In this document: positions 8,189-17,694 of the stretch, piece by piece | Layout: each line of letters starts with the position of its first letter | How positions within the stretch are numbered: the stretch's first letter is position 1 | Assembly (NCBI GenBank): GCA_964655225.1 | Contig: CAZZMB010000002.1 | Coordinates: 25,344-89,343 of the forward strand | DNA length: 64,000 bases | From: an uncultured Chitinophagales bacterium | GTDB lineage: Bacteria > Bacteroidota > Bacteroidia > Chitinophagales > UBA8649 | Reading direction: 5' to 3' | Position numbers and translations under genes: made by a program | The notes under the pieces: generated by a model | The model's input: the letters and a program-made list of their open reading frames with translations, nothing else | Databases searched by the model: none | What the model was told of the DNA's origin: nothing

Positions 8189-9631
8189 CTATTTAGAATT
8201 TAAAAATGCTTGCCACCATAAAGCGCTGTTCTTTGGATGGCGCGTTTGTGTTTCAAAATCGTTGTATACAATTCCAAATCTAGGCTCATATCCTTCGGCC
8301 CATTCAAAATTATCCATAAACGACCAGAGAAAATACCCGTTTAAATGAGCACCTTCATTTTTTGCTTTGAGGACATTGAAAAGATAGCCTTGGAAGAACT
8401 GTATTCGTCTGTCATCATGCACACTGCCATCATCATTTAAGTGATCCTCAAATGCAGCACCGTTTTCGGTAATAATCATCGGTTTACCATACCTATTAAA
8501 TTGCATAATTACATCATAAATGCCTTCTGGGCTAATTTCCCATCCCATAGCGGTTAGCTCATCTTTATCTTTTACTAATTTTTTAGCGTCAATTACATTT
8601 GCCCACATCAAAGGCGGCCACAAACTAAACTTGGCTACAGTGCGAAAATAATTTTGAAGACCAATAAAATCAAAATCAAAGGTTAACTTTTCCTTATCGC
8701 CTGGTTCGATATACTTTTTTATACCCTTAAACACCGATAGGTCTTCCAGCGGATACCCCATACCTAATGTCGGCTCAATAAAAAGTCTATTGAACAGGGC
8801 ATCTGCTTTTCTTGCAGCAACAACATGTCTTTTTTTATTGGGATTAACTGGTTCTACTGCAGTGCAAGAAAAAGTCGTTCCTATGGTCGCATTAGGCACT
8901 AAACCTCTTAATACACGACCACCTTCAGCTTGACACATGCTTACATAATGCACAGATTTTAAGAATTTTGACAAGCCTCGTTTGCCGGGTGCATGCTGCC
9001 CGCCTAGGTATCCTAGACCAGTAAACGCCATGGGTTCATTAAATACCATCCAATGCTTTACCCTATCTCCAAAATGTTTAGCGCATACCGCTACATATTC
9101 ACTAAACCATTGAATAATATCTCTATTTGTCCATCCCCCCTGGTCTTCTAATATTTGCGGTAAGTCCCAGTGATATAAGGTTACCCAAGGCTGCACACCT
9201 TTCGCTAAACATTTATCTATAACGCGATTGTAATAGTCAATTCCTTGTTGGTTGACATGCCCCGTTCCGTTTGGCAATATTCTCGTCCAGGCTATAGAGA
9301 AGCGAAAAACATCAAAACCTAAATCTGCCATGAGATCTATATCCTCTTCATATTTGTGATAGAAGTCGCAAGCAAATTCGGTCGTACTCCCATCTGCTAT
9401 TTTGCCTTTTTTTTGAGAAAAAGTATCCCAAATCGACGGGCTTTTACCATCTGCAGTCCAAGCTCCTTCAATCTGAGCAGCGGCAGTGGCTGTTCCAAAT
9501 AAAAAATCAGTTCCAAAAGATTGTCTCTTTAATTCATTCATAGCTTTGAGTTGAGCGATACTGTTAAAGGGTCTAACAAAAAAGCTTGCGGTGGATAGTA
9601 TCCCCAGCTTTAAGAGGGTTCGTCGTTGCAT
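8189..9631 (-). CDS. GH1 beta-glucosidase with a Tat-type signal peptide
   Basis: 480 aa. Carries the GH1 catalytic motifs FNEP (acid/base) and ITENG (nucleophile). N-terminus MQRRTLLKLGILSTASFF matches the twin-arginine RRxLLK pattern. Confidence 0.85.
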   Translation of the reverse strand: MQRRTLLKLGILSTASFFVRPFNSIAQLKAMNELKRQSFGTDFLFGTATAAAQIEGAWTADGKSPSIWDTFSQKKGKIADGSTTEFACDFYHKYEEDIDLMADLGFDVFRFSIAWTRILPNGTGHVNQQGIDYYNRVIDKCLAKGVQPWVTLYHWDLPQILEDQGGWTNRDIIQWFSEYVAVCAKHFGDRVKHWMVFNEPMAFTGLGYLGGQHAPGKRGLSKFLKSVHYVSMCQAEGGRVLRGLVPNATIGTTFSCTAVEPVNPNKKRHVVAARKADALFNRLFIEPTLGMGYPLEDLSVFKGIKKYIEPGDKEKLTFDFDFIGLQNYFRTVAKFSLWPPLMWANVIDAKKLVKDKDELTAMGWEISPEGIYDVIMQFNRYGKPMIITENGAAFEDHLNDDGSVHDDRRIQFFQGYLFNVLKAKNEGAHLNGYFLWSFMDNFEWAEGYEPRFGIVYNDFETQTRHPKNSALWWQAFLNSK

Positions 9632-9705
9632 AGAGGTAAAAATAAGGAATACCCAAATAAATTTTCTATTTTGTTACATTTGTGTTTTAGGAAACTTTAT
9701 CCCAA

Positions 9706-9713
9706 TAATTTTG
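9706..9713 (+). promoter_or_regulatory. candidate -7 box (TAATTTTG) upstream of the superoxide dismutase gene
   Basis: Matches TAnnTTTG 42 nt before the ATG at 9756. No well-spaced -33 TTG. Confidence 0.3.
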
Positions 9714-9755
9714 TTAATCCCATATCAACTAATTGTAAATTTTAAATAATAAATT

Positions 9756-10364
9756 ATGGCTTTTGAATTACCCAAATTACCTTATGCGTACGACGCCTTA
9801 GAACCGCATATTGATGCGCGAACAATGGAAATCCATCATTCTAAACATCATGCAGGATACACCAATAAGTTAAACGCAGCAATTGAAGGACACGAGCAAA
9901 TGTCTTCACATAATATTGAACATTTATTGGAACATCACACGGATAATAACGCTATCAGAAATAATGGTGGTGGATTTTATAATCATCGTTTATTTTGGGA
10001 AGTTATGAGTCCGAATGGTGGAGGGTTGCCTACTGGCGAACTGGCTGCAGCGATAAATGATGCCTTTGGTTCATTTGAATCTTTTAAAGATGCTTTTTCC
10101 AAATCGGCAGCAACTCGTTTTGGCTCAGGTTGGGCATGGTTGTGTGTTCATCCAGGAGGGAAACTTGAAGTTTGCTCAACAGCAAACCAAGATAATCCAT
10201 TAATGAAAGATACAGGCTGTGGGGGCTTTCCTATTTTAGGATTGGATGTTTGGGAACATGCATATTACCTCAACTACCAAAACAGAAGACCTGATTATAT
10301 CAATGCCTTCTTTAACGTAGTGGATTGGGGTAAAGTAAGTGAACTTTTCGCTTCCAATAAGTAA
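9756..10364 (+). CDS. Fe/Mn superoxide dismutase
   Basis: 202 aa. [19 protein letters not shown] and [19 protein letters not shown] are classic Fe/Mn-SOD motifs. Confidence 0.95.
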   Translation: MAFELPKLPYAYDALEPHIDARTMEIHHSKHHAGYTNKLNAAIEGHEQMSSHNIEHLLEHHTDNNAIRNNGGGFYNHRLFWEVMSPNGGGLPTGELAAAINDAFGSFESFKDAFSKSAATRFGSGWAWLCVHPGGKLEVCSTANQDNPLMKDTGCGGFPILGLDVWEHAYYLNYQNRRPDYINAFFNVVDWGKVSELFASNK

Positions 10365-10394
10365 AATAGAAGAAGATTATTCTTAATAAATTAG

Positions 10395-10427
10395 AACCCA
10401 TTGCTGTAAAGTGATGGGTTTTTTTTA
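10395..10427 (+). terminator. rho-independent terminator after the SOD gene (could also serve the convergent CPBP gene)
   Basis: AACCCAT (10395-10401) pairs with ATGGGTT (10414-10420). TTTTTT follows. Confidence 0.7.
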
Positions 10428-10447
10428 TCGTTAAATCTTAATGCTTT

Positions 10448-11068
10448 TTATTTGCGTTTCATATATCCAAACATGACAACATCATATATAAAATGAGCAC
10501 TTATAGCTGCATAGATGCCAAGAAATTTGTATAAATAGCCAAATGCTCCAGAAATGAAAATCAAGAATACTCCGTAAAGGAGCATGGTTTTATCTTTTAT
10601 ATTTAAATAGCCATGAATAAGCACAAAAATAACAGCGGTTGGCCAGAGAAGAATGTAATGCTGCACAGCTCCCCTAAACAATAACTCTTCACCAAATCCT
10701 GCACAAAACGAATAGAAGAGAATATGGTGCCATTGGGGATCAAGGTCATCCATGATTCCTTTCATGAGCTTATTTAGCTTTCCATTTGGAAGCACCTGAA
10801 TTAATAGTAAACCAAGACCAGCACTTAGTAGGCCAATGCCTGTTCCAATTCCGATGCTTTTCCAGTTGAGGTAGGATAAACTCAATATATCCCAAAAGTC
10901 TAATTCTGAGCTGAAATGAAGCATGATATACCCAATGAGGCTGAAGCCAAAGAGGGTGAATATGCTCAGGTGAAACAAAGATTTTCTGTTCAAGGCTATT
11001 AATTTATCAGCAAACCAAAGATAGTTAAATAAACTAAAAGCTATCTTTGCGGTATGAGTGAAAAACAT
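10448..11068 (-). CDS. CPBP-family intramembrane protease; 5' end uncertain
   Basis: Multi-TM protein with EELLFRG and a later FIYD/H region typical of CAAX/CPBP proteases. The ATG at 11068 overlaps thiL by 15 nt and lies upstream of a minus-strand TATCTTTG box (11023-11016). In-frame TTG codons at 10993 and 10978 are more plausible starts. Confidence 0.7.
   Translation of the reverse strand: MFFTHTAKIAFSLFNYLWFADKLIALNRKSLFHLSIFTLFGFSLIGYIMLHFSSELDFWDILSLSYLNWKSIGIGTGIGLLSAGLGLLLIQVLPNGKLNKLMKGIMDDLDPQWHHILFYSFCAGFGEELLFRGAVQHYILLWPTAVIFVLIHGYLNIKDKTMLLYGVFLIFISGAFGYLYKFLGIYAAISAHFIYDVVMFGYMKRK
11016..11023 (-). promoter_or_regulatory. candidate -7 box (TATCTTTG on minus strand) for the CPBP gene
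   Basis: Plus strand reads caaagata. The box faces away from the thiL box, which lies 18 bp away. Confidence 0.4.
11042..11049 (+). promoter_or_regulatory. -7 box (TATCTTTG) placed 4 nt before the thiL ATG
   Basis: TATCTTTG-cggt-ATG. The same 8-mer and the same 4-nt spacing recur at dus (29725-29732). Confidence 0.5.
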
Positions 11069-12091
11069 ACACCATTGAGTAGTTTAGGAGAGTTTGGATT
11101 AATCGATCATCTAACCAATTCTTTTGAAACTAAACAACAATCAACCATCAAAGGAATAGGAGATGATGCAGCGGTTATTAATCATGAGGGAATGTGCACA
11201 GTTTTATCAACGGACCTATTGATAGAAGGGGTTCATTTTGATTTATCCTTTATGCCTTTGAAACATTTAGGGTATAAGGCTGTGATAGTTAATCTTTCAG
11301 ATATCTATGCAATGAATGCCTCACCCAGCCAAATTACAATATCCTTAGCGATATCTAACAGGTTTTCAGTAGAAGCTTTGGATGAATTGTATGCTGGAAT
11401 TAAGCATGCTTGTGACACCTATGGTGTGGATTTGGTAGGCGGCGATACCACGAGTTCTTCTACTGGCTTAAGTATTTCTGTTACTGCTGTTGGAGCAGCG
11501 AAGAAGAAGGATTTAGTCTATCGAAATGGAGCAAAAGAAGGTGATTTTATTTGTGTAAGTGGTGAATTGGGGGGTGCTTATATCGGATTGCAGCTGTTGA
11601 ACAGAGAGAAAGAGGTTTTCATGGAGAACCCAAAAATGCAACCTAAATTGGATGAACACAAATATTTGGTTGGAAGACAACTTAAGCCTGAAGCACGAAA
11701 AGATGTTATCGCTTATTTGAAAGACTTTGATATTCATCCTACAGCAATGATTGATGTGTCAGATGGTCTATCTTCTGATTTGATGCATTTGTGCAGGCAA
11801 GCTGATGTGGGTTGTCATGTCTATGAAGCTAATGTTCCCATAAATAATGAAACCTACAATCAAGCATTAGAATTCAATATGGACCCTATTACAACTGCTT
11901 TAAGCGGCGGAGAGGATTATGAGTTATTGTTTACGGTTTCTCCCTCAGATGAAAGTAAGCTTAATGGACAGGAAATTGATATTACCGTAATCGGAAAAAT
12001 TGTAGCTAAGGAAGAAGGGCTAATGCTTCAAACGAGAGCCAATCACCTGCATGAATTAGTTGCTCAAGGATGGAACTCTTTCCAAAAATAA
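11054..12091 (+). CDS. thiL: thiamine-monophosphate kinase
   Basis: 345 aa. Has LGEFGLI, GIGDDAAVI and the GGDT and SGGEDYELLFT motifs of ThiL/AIR-synthase-related proteins. Confidence 0.9.
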   Translation: MSEKHTPLSSLGEFGLIDHLTNSFETKQQSTIKGIGDDAAVINHEGMCTVLSTDLLIEGVHFDLSFMPLKHLGYKAVIVNLSDIYAMNASPSQITISLAISNRFSVEALDELYAGIKHACDTYGVDLVGGDTTSSSTGLSISVTAVGAAKKKDLVYRNGAKEGDFICVSGELGGAYIGLQLLNREKEVFMENPKMQPKLDEHKYLVGRQLKPEARKDVIAYLKDFDIHPTAMIDVSDGLSSDLMHLCRQADVGCHVYEANVPINNETYNQALEFNMDPITTALSGGEDYELLFTVSPSDESKLNGQEIDITVIGKIVAKEEGLMLQTRANHLHELVAQGWNSFQK

Positions 12092-12159
12092 TTTAGGATT
12101 ATTATTTTTAACTTCATAACTTGAAGTTCTAATCAATAATCAACCCACAAGCTAATAAA

Positions 12160-12723
12160 ATGAAAAAGTTTTTATCAATTTTAATGATTGCTTTTATTGT
12201 GTCATTCATGACATCTTCGTGCAGCAACGAGTCTACTGATGATGTTACTGCCGAAACGGAAGTCACCGCAAATTATAATTCAGTCTATTTTGCTGAAGTT
12301 GTTCCAACTAATGAAGGTGATTTTGTCGGTTTAAAATTGGGGGATTCTAGAGAGGAGGTACAAATAAAACTACCTCAAGATGCATTTGATGATGAAACAG
12401 ACAGTTACCTCTACTATTTTTGGGAACTTGATGACAACCAATACTACCTAGACCTTTATTTTGATGAAGACAATAGATTGAACTCTATTGACGGTTATGT
12501 GTATTTCTATGATAAAGAAAACAACTATGATGAAACCGAGGCAAATGCTTTCTACACCGATATGAAAGAAAACTTTAAAGCCAAGTATGGTTCTGAGGAG
12601 GAATATGCCGATAATGATTTTACATACATATCTTGGTACCTCGATGAAATGGATGCTGAGGTGGGATTAGATGGCGGAGAAGTGTATTGGTATATTTACC
12701 ACTACGAAGATTACGACATGTAA
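12160..12723 (+). CDS. hypothetical acidic lipoprotein
   Basis: 187 aa. Signal plus Cys (MTSSC). Very Asp/Glu/Tyr-rich. No family recognised. Confidence 0.6.
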   Translation: MKKFLSILMIAFIVSFMTSSCSNESTDDVTAETEVTANYNSVYFAEVVPTNEGDFVGLKLGDSREEVQIKLPQDAFDDETDSYLYYFWELDDNQYYLDLYFDEDNRLNSIDGYVYFYDKENNYDETEANAFYTDMKENFKAKYGSEEEYADNDFTYISWYLDEMDAEVGLDGGEVYWYIYHYEDYDM

Positions 12724-12743
12724 AATTCATAATGAAATGTTAA

Positions 12744-12771
12744 AGCTCCGATTTGTCGGGGCTTTTTTTTT
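12744..12771 (+). terminator. rho-independent terminator
   Basis: AGCTCCGA pairs with TCGGGGCT (8 bp, one G-U) around loop TTTG. A run of 9 T follows. Confidence 0.75.
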
Positions 12772-12792
12772 ACCTTTAGTTAAAGCTGTTTT

Positions 12793-13254
12793 ATGAAAAC
12801 TTTATTTTGGTGTATTCTACTATTCTTAGCCGCTTGCGTGGGCTCAAAAAAGCAAACTTCTGTTTCGGTATACGAACCAGAAGCAATTGACATGGTTCTA
12901 TTACAACGAACAGGATGCTTTGGCACTTGCCCAATTTATAAAGTAGCCATATTTGGCAATGGGATTGTTGCATACGAAGGTACGGCCTACACTGACTATG
13001 AAGGTAAATATACGGGGCAAATCGATTTGGATGATGCCAAAAAATTGTTCAATACACTTCATTCATTGGACTGGGAAAATTATCCTGCCGAATATCCTAT
13101 AGATAACCAAGATTTTCCTCAGTTTTTAATCAATTATAAAACTACAGAAATTGATAAGCAAGTAAAAGGAAATACAGGAGCGGCAGATGATTTAATATCG
13201 CTAAGTCTAGAAATAGATAGAATAATTTCAACGCTAAACCTGCAAAAGCAATAG
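12793..13254 (+). CDS. lipoprotein with GCFGTCPxY motif (DUF6438-like)
   Basis: 153 aa. Signal plus Cys (LAAC). The RTGCFGTCPIYKV motif resembles DUF6438, from memory. Confidence 0.5.
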   Translation: MKTLFWCILLFLAACVGSKKQTSVSVYEPEAIDMVLLQRTGCFGTCPIYKVAIFGNGIVAYEGTAYTDYEGKYTGQIDLDDAKKLFNTLHSLDWENYPAEYPIDNQDFPQFLINYKTTEIDKQVKGNTGAADDLISLSLEIDRIISTLNLQKQ

Positions 13255-13360
13255 TTGTAATATTTATATAGAGTCGGTCAAAGCTTCCAAAGATTTATGT
13301 TGTGGAGATTAGTCGCGAGCGGCCATCTGCAGCTATCAGCTGCCTTATTTTGATTCTTAA

Positions 13361-15307
13361 TTACTTGGGCGTCATCACTGTATTCTTCTCCTTAGCCAGT
13401 TTGGTTTTTTCATCATCGACCTTCTTTTTCATGAGTAAGAGCTTGGTGAAATCTTCACTGGGATCGGCAGATTTTAAACGTTTTAAAACCTCTATTTCCA
13501 ATAATTTAATCCGCCAATATTTTAGGTAATAGAATTCAGTAGCAATATCTTCTTTGAAAATATCTTTCTTAGTTAGGGTATATACTTTTTTCTTTGCCCA
13601 GCCATCAGATAATTCAGTGTCGTATCTATTATAGTTTCCAAGAATTAAGGTAATAGCCAAATTGCTTATTTCCTCGTCAATATGATTCACAAAAAAGTCA
13701 CTGATGGCTACCTTTTGCTCTTGTGTTTCTAAACTTTTTGCAATTTCAATTATTTTTAGATGCAGTTCATTGTCAAATGGAATACCGTCCAACTTACTTA
13801 GAATATAATCAGCGGTAAGTTGATTCTCGATGTATGGTTTACCTCCGTATTCTAATAAGGTACGGATAACATCTCGTTCAAATTTTTCAATACTTATTCC
13901 TGCTTCTATATAGTCTTTATCACTTTGAATCAACTCCTCCACGAGTGCTTGATTATCTACCAATTTTTCCTCACTGCGCTGATCATCTTTGCGTTGTTTG
14001 GAAAGGATATCTTTTCTTTTCTTGTTTGACTCGTTGAGCAAGATTTGCTCATTAACACCTAAAAGGTTTGCACTTTCTTTAAGATAAATAGAACGCTTGA
14101 TAGCATCAGGTATTTTGGAAATACTATCCAAGATATCGCCCACAAGTGCCGCTTTTTTTATGGGATCATTTTTGGCGTCTTCTAGCAATAATTCCAATTT
14201 GAACAGGATAAAATCTTTCCGATTAGCTTGAATATAGTCTTGAAATCCTGCAAGCCCTTTCTCTCTGACAAAGGAATCTGGATCCTGATTTTCAGGTAAT
14301 AAGACAACTTTAACATTCAAGCCATTTTCCAAAATGATGTCAATACCCCGTAAAGCAGCTTTTATTCCTGCCGCATCCCCATCATAGAGTACCGTAATAT
14401 TCTCTGTGTAGCGTTTTATCAAGCGCACCTGATCTTTGGTTAAGGAGGTTCCACTAGAGGAAACTACATTTTCAATGCCCGCTTGATGCAGTGAAATTAC
14501 ATCGGTATACCCCTCTACTAAAAAACATTCGTCTTCTTTTCGAATAGTGTTTTTTGCGTAAAAGATTCCATAAAGCACTTTGCTCTTATCATAAATGTCA
14601 GTATCCGGAGTGTTGATGTATTTGGGTGCTTTTGCATTGTTTTTTAATATTCTTCCACCAAAACCGAGCACTTTACCTGAAACCCCATGTATAGGGAACA
14701 TGACCCTTTCCCTAAAGAAATCTAATTTGGTGTTTTCTTTTTTTGAGCTTAAGCCTGCTTTTTGAAGCATTTCTAACTGATATCCTTTTTCTAAAGCGGC
14801 ATCTGTTAAGGCAGTGTATGAAGCTAGAGCAAAACCAAGTTGAAATTTTTTAATAATACTTTCTGAAAATCCCCGCTCCTGAAAGTAGCTCAAGCCGATT
14901 GCCTTTCCATCTTCGTGCTCAAACATGTTTTGCACAAAAAAGTCTTTTGCAAATTCATTCACAACATACAGTCCTTCGCGCTTGGATTGTTGCTCAATCA
15001 TTTCTGGACTTTGCTGAATATCTTCTATCTCAATATTATACTTCTTAGCGAGGTATTTTAGTGCTTCCACGTAATTGAAGTGCTCGTGCTCCATGACAAA
15101 CTTCACACTGTCACCAGCTTTACCACAGCCGAAGCATTTATAGATTTGTTTAGCAGGTGAAATAACAAAAGAAGGAGTTTTCTCATTATGAAAAGGGCAA
15201 TTAGCTTTATAATTACTGCCGGCTTTTTTCATGGAAATGAAGTCACCTAAGACATCGATGATGTCGGCTTCGTCATTAATTTTCGCTATGGTTTCTTTGC
15301 TTATCAT
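13361..15307 (-). CDS. dnaG: DNA primase
   Basis: 648 aa. Zinc-ribbon CPFHNEKTPSF...CFGCG, and a TOPRIM region EGYTDVISL...DGDAAG. Confidence 0.95.
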   Translation of the reverse strand: MISKETIAKINDEADIIDVLGDFISMKKAGSNYKANCPFHNEKTPSFVISPAKQIYKCFGCGKAGDSVKFVMEHEHFNYVEALKYLAKKYNIEIEDIQQSPEMIEQQSKREGLYVVNEFAKDFFVQNMFEHEDGKAIGLSYFQERGFSESIIKKFQLGFALASYTALTDAALEKGYQLEMLQKAGLSSKKENTKLDFFRERVMFPIHGVSGKVLGFGGRILKNNAKAPKYINTPDTDIYDKSKVLYGIFYAKNTIRKEDECFLVEGYTDVISLHQAGIENVVSSSGTSLTKDQVRLIKRYTENITVLYDGDAAGIKAALRGIDIILENGLNVKVVLLPENQDPDSFVREKGLAGFQDYIQANRKDFILFKLELLLEDAKNDPIKKAALVGDILDSISKIPDAIKRSIYLKESANLLGVNEQILLNESNKKRKDILSKQRKDDQRSEEKLVDNQALVEELIQSDKDYIEAGISIEKFERDVIRTLLEYGGKPYIENQLTADYILSKLDGIPFDNELHLKIIEIAKSLETQEQKVAISDFFVNHIDEEISNLAITLILGNYNRYDTELSDGWAKKKVYTLTKKDIFKEDIATEFYYLKYWRIKLLEIEVLKRLKSADPSEDFTKLLLMKKKVDDEKTKLAKEKNTVMTPK

Positions 15308-15336
15308 GGCTAAGGTAAAAGTACGTAAAATGTATC

Positions 15337-17580
15337 TTATTTTACGAAAGCAATTTTGGTAACTACTTTCTCACTGGCATCAGGATTAGCACTAAAAATA
15401 TAGTAAATCCCTGTATTTGCCCGCCTTCCGTTATAGTCATTGCCGTCCCAAATATATTTTCCTCCTAGAGCAAATCCTTCATCAATAAGGACGCCGTGTT
15501 GGTCTGTTATTTTTACAAAGGCATTCTCAACAAATCCTGTAATAGAAATGAAACCAGTATATTCTGGTCGGACAGGGTTGGGATAAGCGATGATATCATC
15601 ATAATTTTCAGCACTTTCTGTAGCATCACTAAAATACGATACCATTCCTTGGTCGGTTAATATGAATACTTCTCCTGTGCCTTGATTAACAGTTATGTCA
15701 TAAATGGTGTTGCTTGGAATAGGACTGTTTTCTGTATTAAAACGAAGAATCTCTGTCTTTCCATCTTCACTCAATAGCCAAACTCCCGCGCTTGTTCCTA
15801 TCCATTTCCGATTTGCTCCATCAACTTCTATAGCAGTAACAGCATCCGTTTCAAAAAGATATTCAGTAAACTGATCAAAGGTATTCGTGATTCTATCAGA
15901 CACCCTGCATGGCGTGCTAGGGTCTAGTATATCTTGGGGGCAAGTAAATAAGGCTATTCCTTCATCTGTGCCAACCCAAATTTGTTGATTTTTATCTTCT
16001 GCAATACAATTGACATTATTATTGGGTAAATTCCCTTGATTACTGCTCGTGCTTAAGTTGATTTGCTGTGCTCCGGTGCTACTCATATTTTCGCCTTCTT
16101 TATATATCAGTACCCCTTGATTCCTCAGAGCAATCCATTTTTGGTCGTAACTATCAATTAATAAATTGTTGAATTTTGAGTTATCATTTCCCAGAACAAA
16201 CTCCGTCCAATTTCCATTTAATGACTTGGCCAATAATGCTGCAGTGGTTTGAGGGTTCACTACCCAAACGCTGCCCTCACTATCTACACCCACTCCGCTT
16301 GTTTTTTGAAAAAACGTATTGCCGATAGCAGAATCAATGGGACTATTGGTGGTATTATATATCTGAACGGAGTTAAAATCAAATTCAATTAATCCATTAA
16401 ACATAGCGACATACAATTTTCCATCGAAGGAATTAAAAGCCATGCGATTAAGGTCTCTACTTGGAGCAGATGTACCGATGCTTGAATAAATATTGTGATT
16501 GACCCATTGATTATTCTCAAACTCGTAAAACCCCCCTTCCACATTGCCATTTCCATCAAGATTTTTATTAAATCCTCCTGAACTTATTAATATTTTGTCG
16601 CCTACAGATATCGCTCGAAAACCTTCATTGGTGAATGGACTAGATGAGGTGCTGATGGATTGATTCCCTTGAAACAAGCCAAACTTATTATCCCCAAAGT
16701 ATTTGTTTCCTTGATATCCAATACTATACGTAGGGTCAATTAAAAAGCCGGTATCTAAAGTATCAAGTATTCCAGATTCGTATCTAAGTACGTCAATATC
16801 ATCACTTACAAAAGATAAGTAGTCGCTGCCGGTTAGATTGCTAAAAGTTCTGCCAGCTGCATTGGTTACTTCAAGCCAGTTACCGTTTTCACGCACATAC
16901 AGATTATTGGCTAATGCATACAGGCGGTCATCATACATTTCAATAGCTGTAACCCCCGGTAAGGCAGAAAAACTATGATCCCATTGACTATAATCCAGCA
17001 GATTAGCGATCTCTAAATATGCTTTTTTCATTCCCTCGGCGGTTAGGGCATATATAGTGTCCTGGCTTACAGTACAATCCAAAACAATAGTTTGATCGCC
17101 ACTAGATCCTATCACATAAGTATTATCTACTTCCTCATTGATGAGGTCTAATGCTACCACACCAAAGTCTGTACTTAAGTAGGCAATGCCTTCTTTACAA
17201 TAAATATTATTAACGGTTTTAGAGCCTGCTGTAAGCTTATTTTTGATGTCAGGCAGGTTGATTAAAGTATTTCCCTTTAATAGATCTATATTACTATTAT
17301 CATAAGCAATAACAAAGGTATTTGAACTACGGTCATAGGATATTGCACTTACGCCATAATCGCTTAATCCTTTCGCCTTATCTAAAGTGAGGATGCTTCC
17401 ATCTTCCAAATTATAGATAAGAATAGACTTATCATTGGCCGATAAAATTTTATTATCTCCAGCTACACCAAAATTTGAATTTCTATAATTGATGTGCATA
17501 CGCCAATCTCCAATGCTTTGGGAATGACCAAGCTGAGAAAGCAGAATAATAAATAATAGGCTTATAAAAAGTCCTTTCAT
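15337..17580 (-). CDS. PorZ-like T9SS protein (two beta-propeller regions plus C-terminal sorting domain)
   Basis: 747 aa with a signal peptide. Repeated two-component-regulator-propeller-like blades (e.g. NSPIPSNTIYDITVNQGTGEVFILTDQGMVSY). C-terminus AYPNPVRPEY...TGIYYIFSANPDASEKVVTKIAFVK resembles a T9SS CTD. Size and architecture match PorZ. Confidence 0.55.
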   Translation of the reverse strand: MKGLFISLLFIILLSQLGHSQSIGDWRMHINYRNSNFGVAGDNKILSANDKSILIYNLEDGSILTLDKAKGLSDYGVSAISYDRSSNTFVIAYDNSNIDLLKGNTLINLPDIKNKLTAGSKTVNNIYCKEGIAYLSTDFGVVALDLINEEVDNTYVIGSSGDQTIVLDCTVSQDTIYALTAEGMKKAYLEIANLLDYSQWDHSFSALPGVTAIEMYDDRLYALANNLYVRENGNWLEVTNAAGRTFSNLTGSDYLSFVSDDIDVLRYESGILDTLDTGFLIDPTYSIGYQGNKYFGDNKFGLFQGNQSISTSSSPFTNEGFRAISVGDKILISSGGFNKNLDGNGNVEGGFYEFENNQWVNHNIYSSIGTSAPSRDLNRMAFNSFDGKLYVAMFNGLIEFDFNSVQIYNTTNSPIDSAIGNTFFQKTSGVGVDSEGSVWVVNPQTTAALLAKSLNGNWTEFVLGNDNSKFNNLLIDSYDQKWIALRNQGVLIYKEGENMSSTGAQQINLSTSSNQGNLPNNNVNCIAEDKNQQIWVGTDEGIALFTCPQDILDPSTPCRVSDRITNTFDQFTEYLFETDAVTAIEVDGANRKWIGTSAGVWLLSEDGKTEILRFNTENSPIPSNTIYDITVNQGTGEVFILTDQGMVSYFSDATESAENYDDIIAYPNPVRPEYTGFISITGFVENAFVKITDQHGVLIDEGFALGGKYIWDGNDYNGRRANTGIYYIFSANPDASEKVVTKIAFVK

Positions 17581-17658
17581 GGTTTACAAAGTAAAAACAA
17601 AATCAATTTAAAAACGCAATTGAAAGGGTGATATTTTACATTCTACCTCTAATCTTCT

Positions 17659-17666
17659 TACTTTTG
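17659..17666 (+). promoter_or_regulatory. candidate -7 box (TACTTTTG) upstream of ileS
   Basis: Matches TAnnTTTG 28 nt before the ATG at 17695. No -33 TTG at canonical spacing. Confidence 0.3.
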
Positions 17667-17694
17667 AGGCACTAATTCAAAATACAAGCATCTC

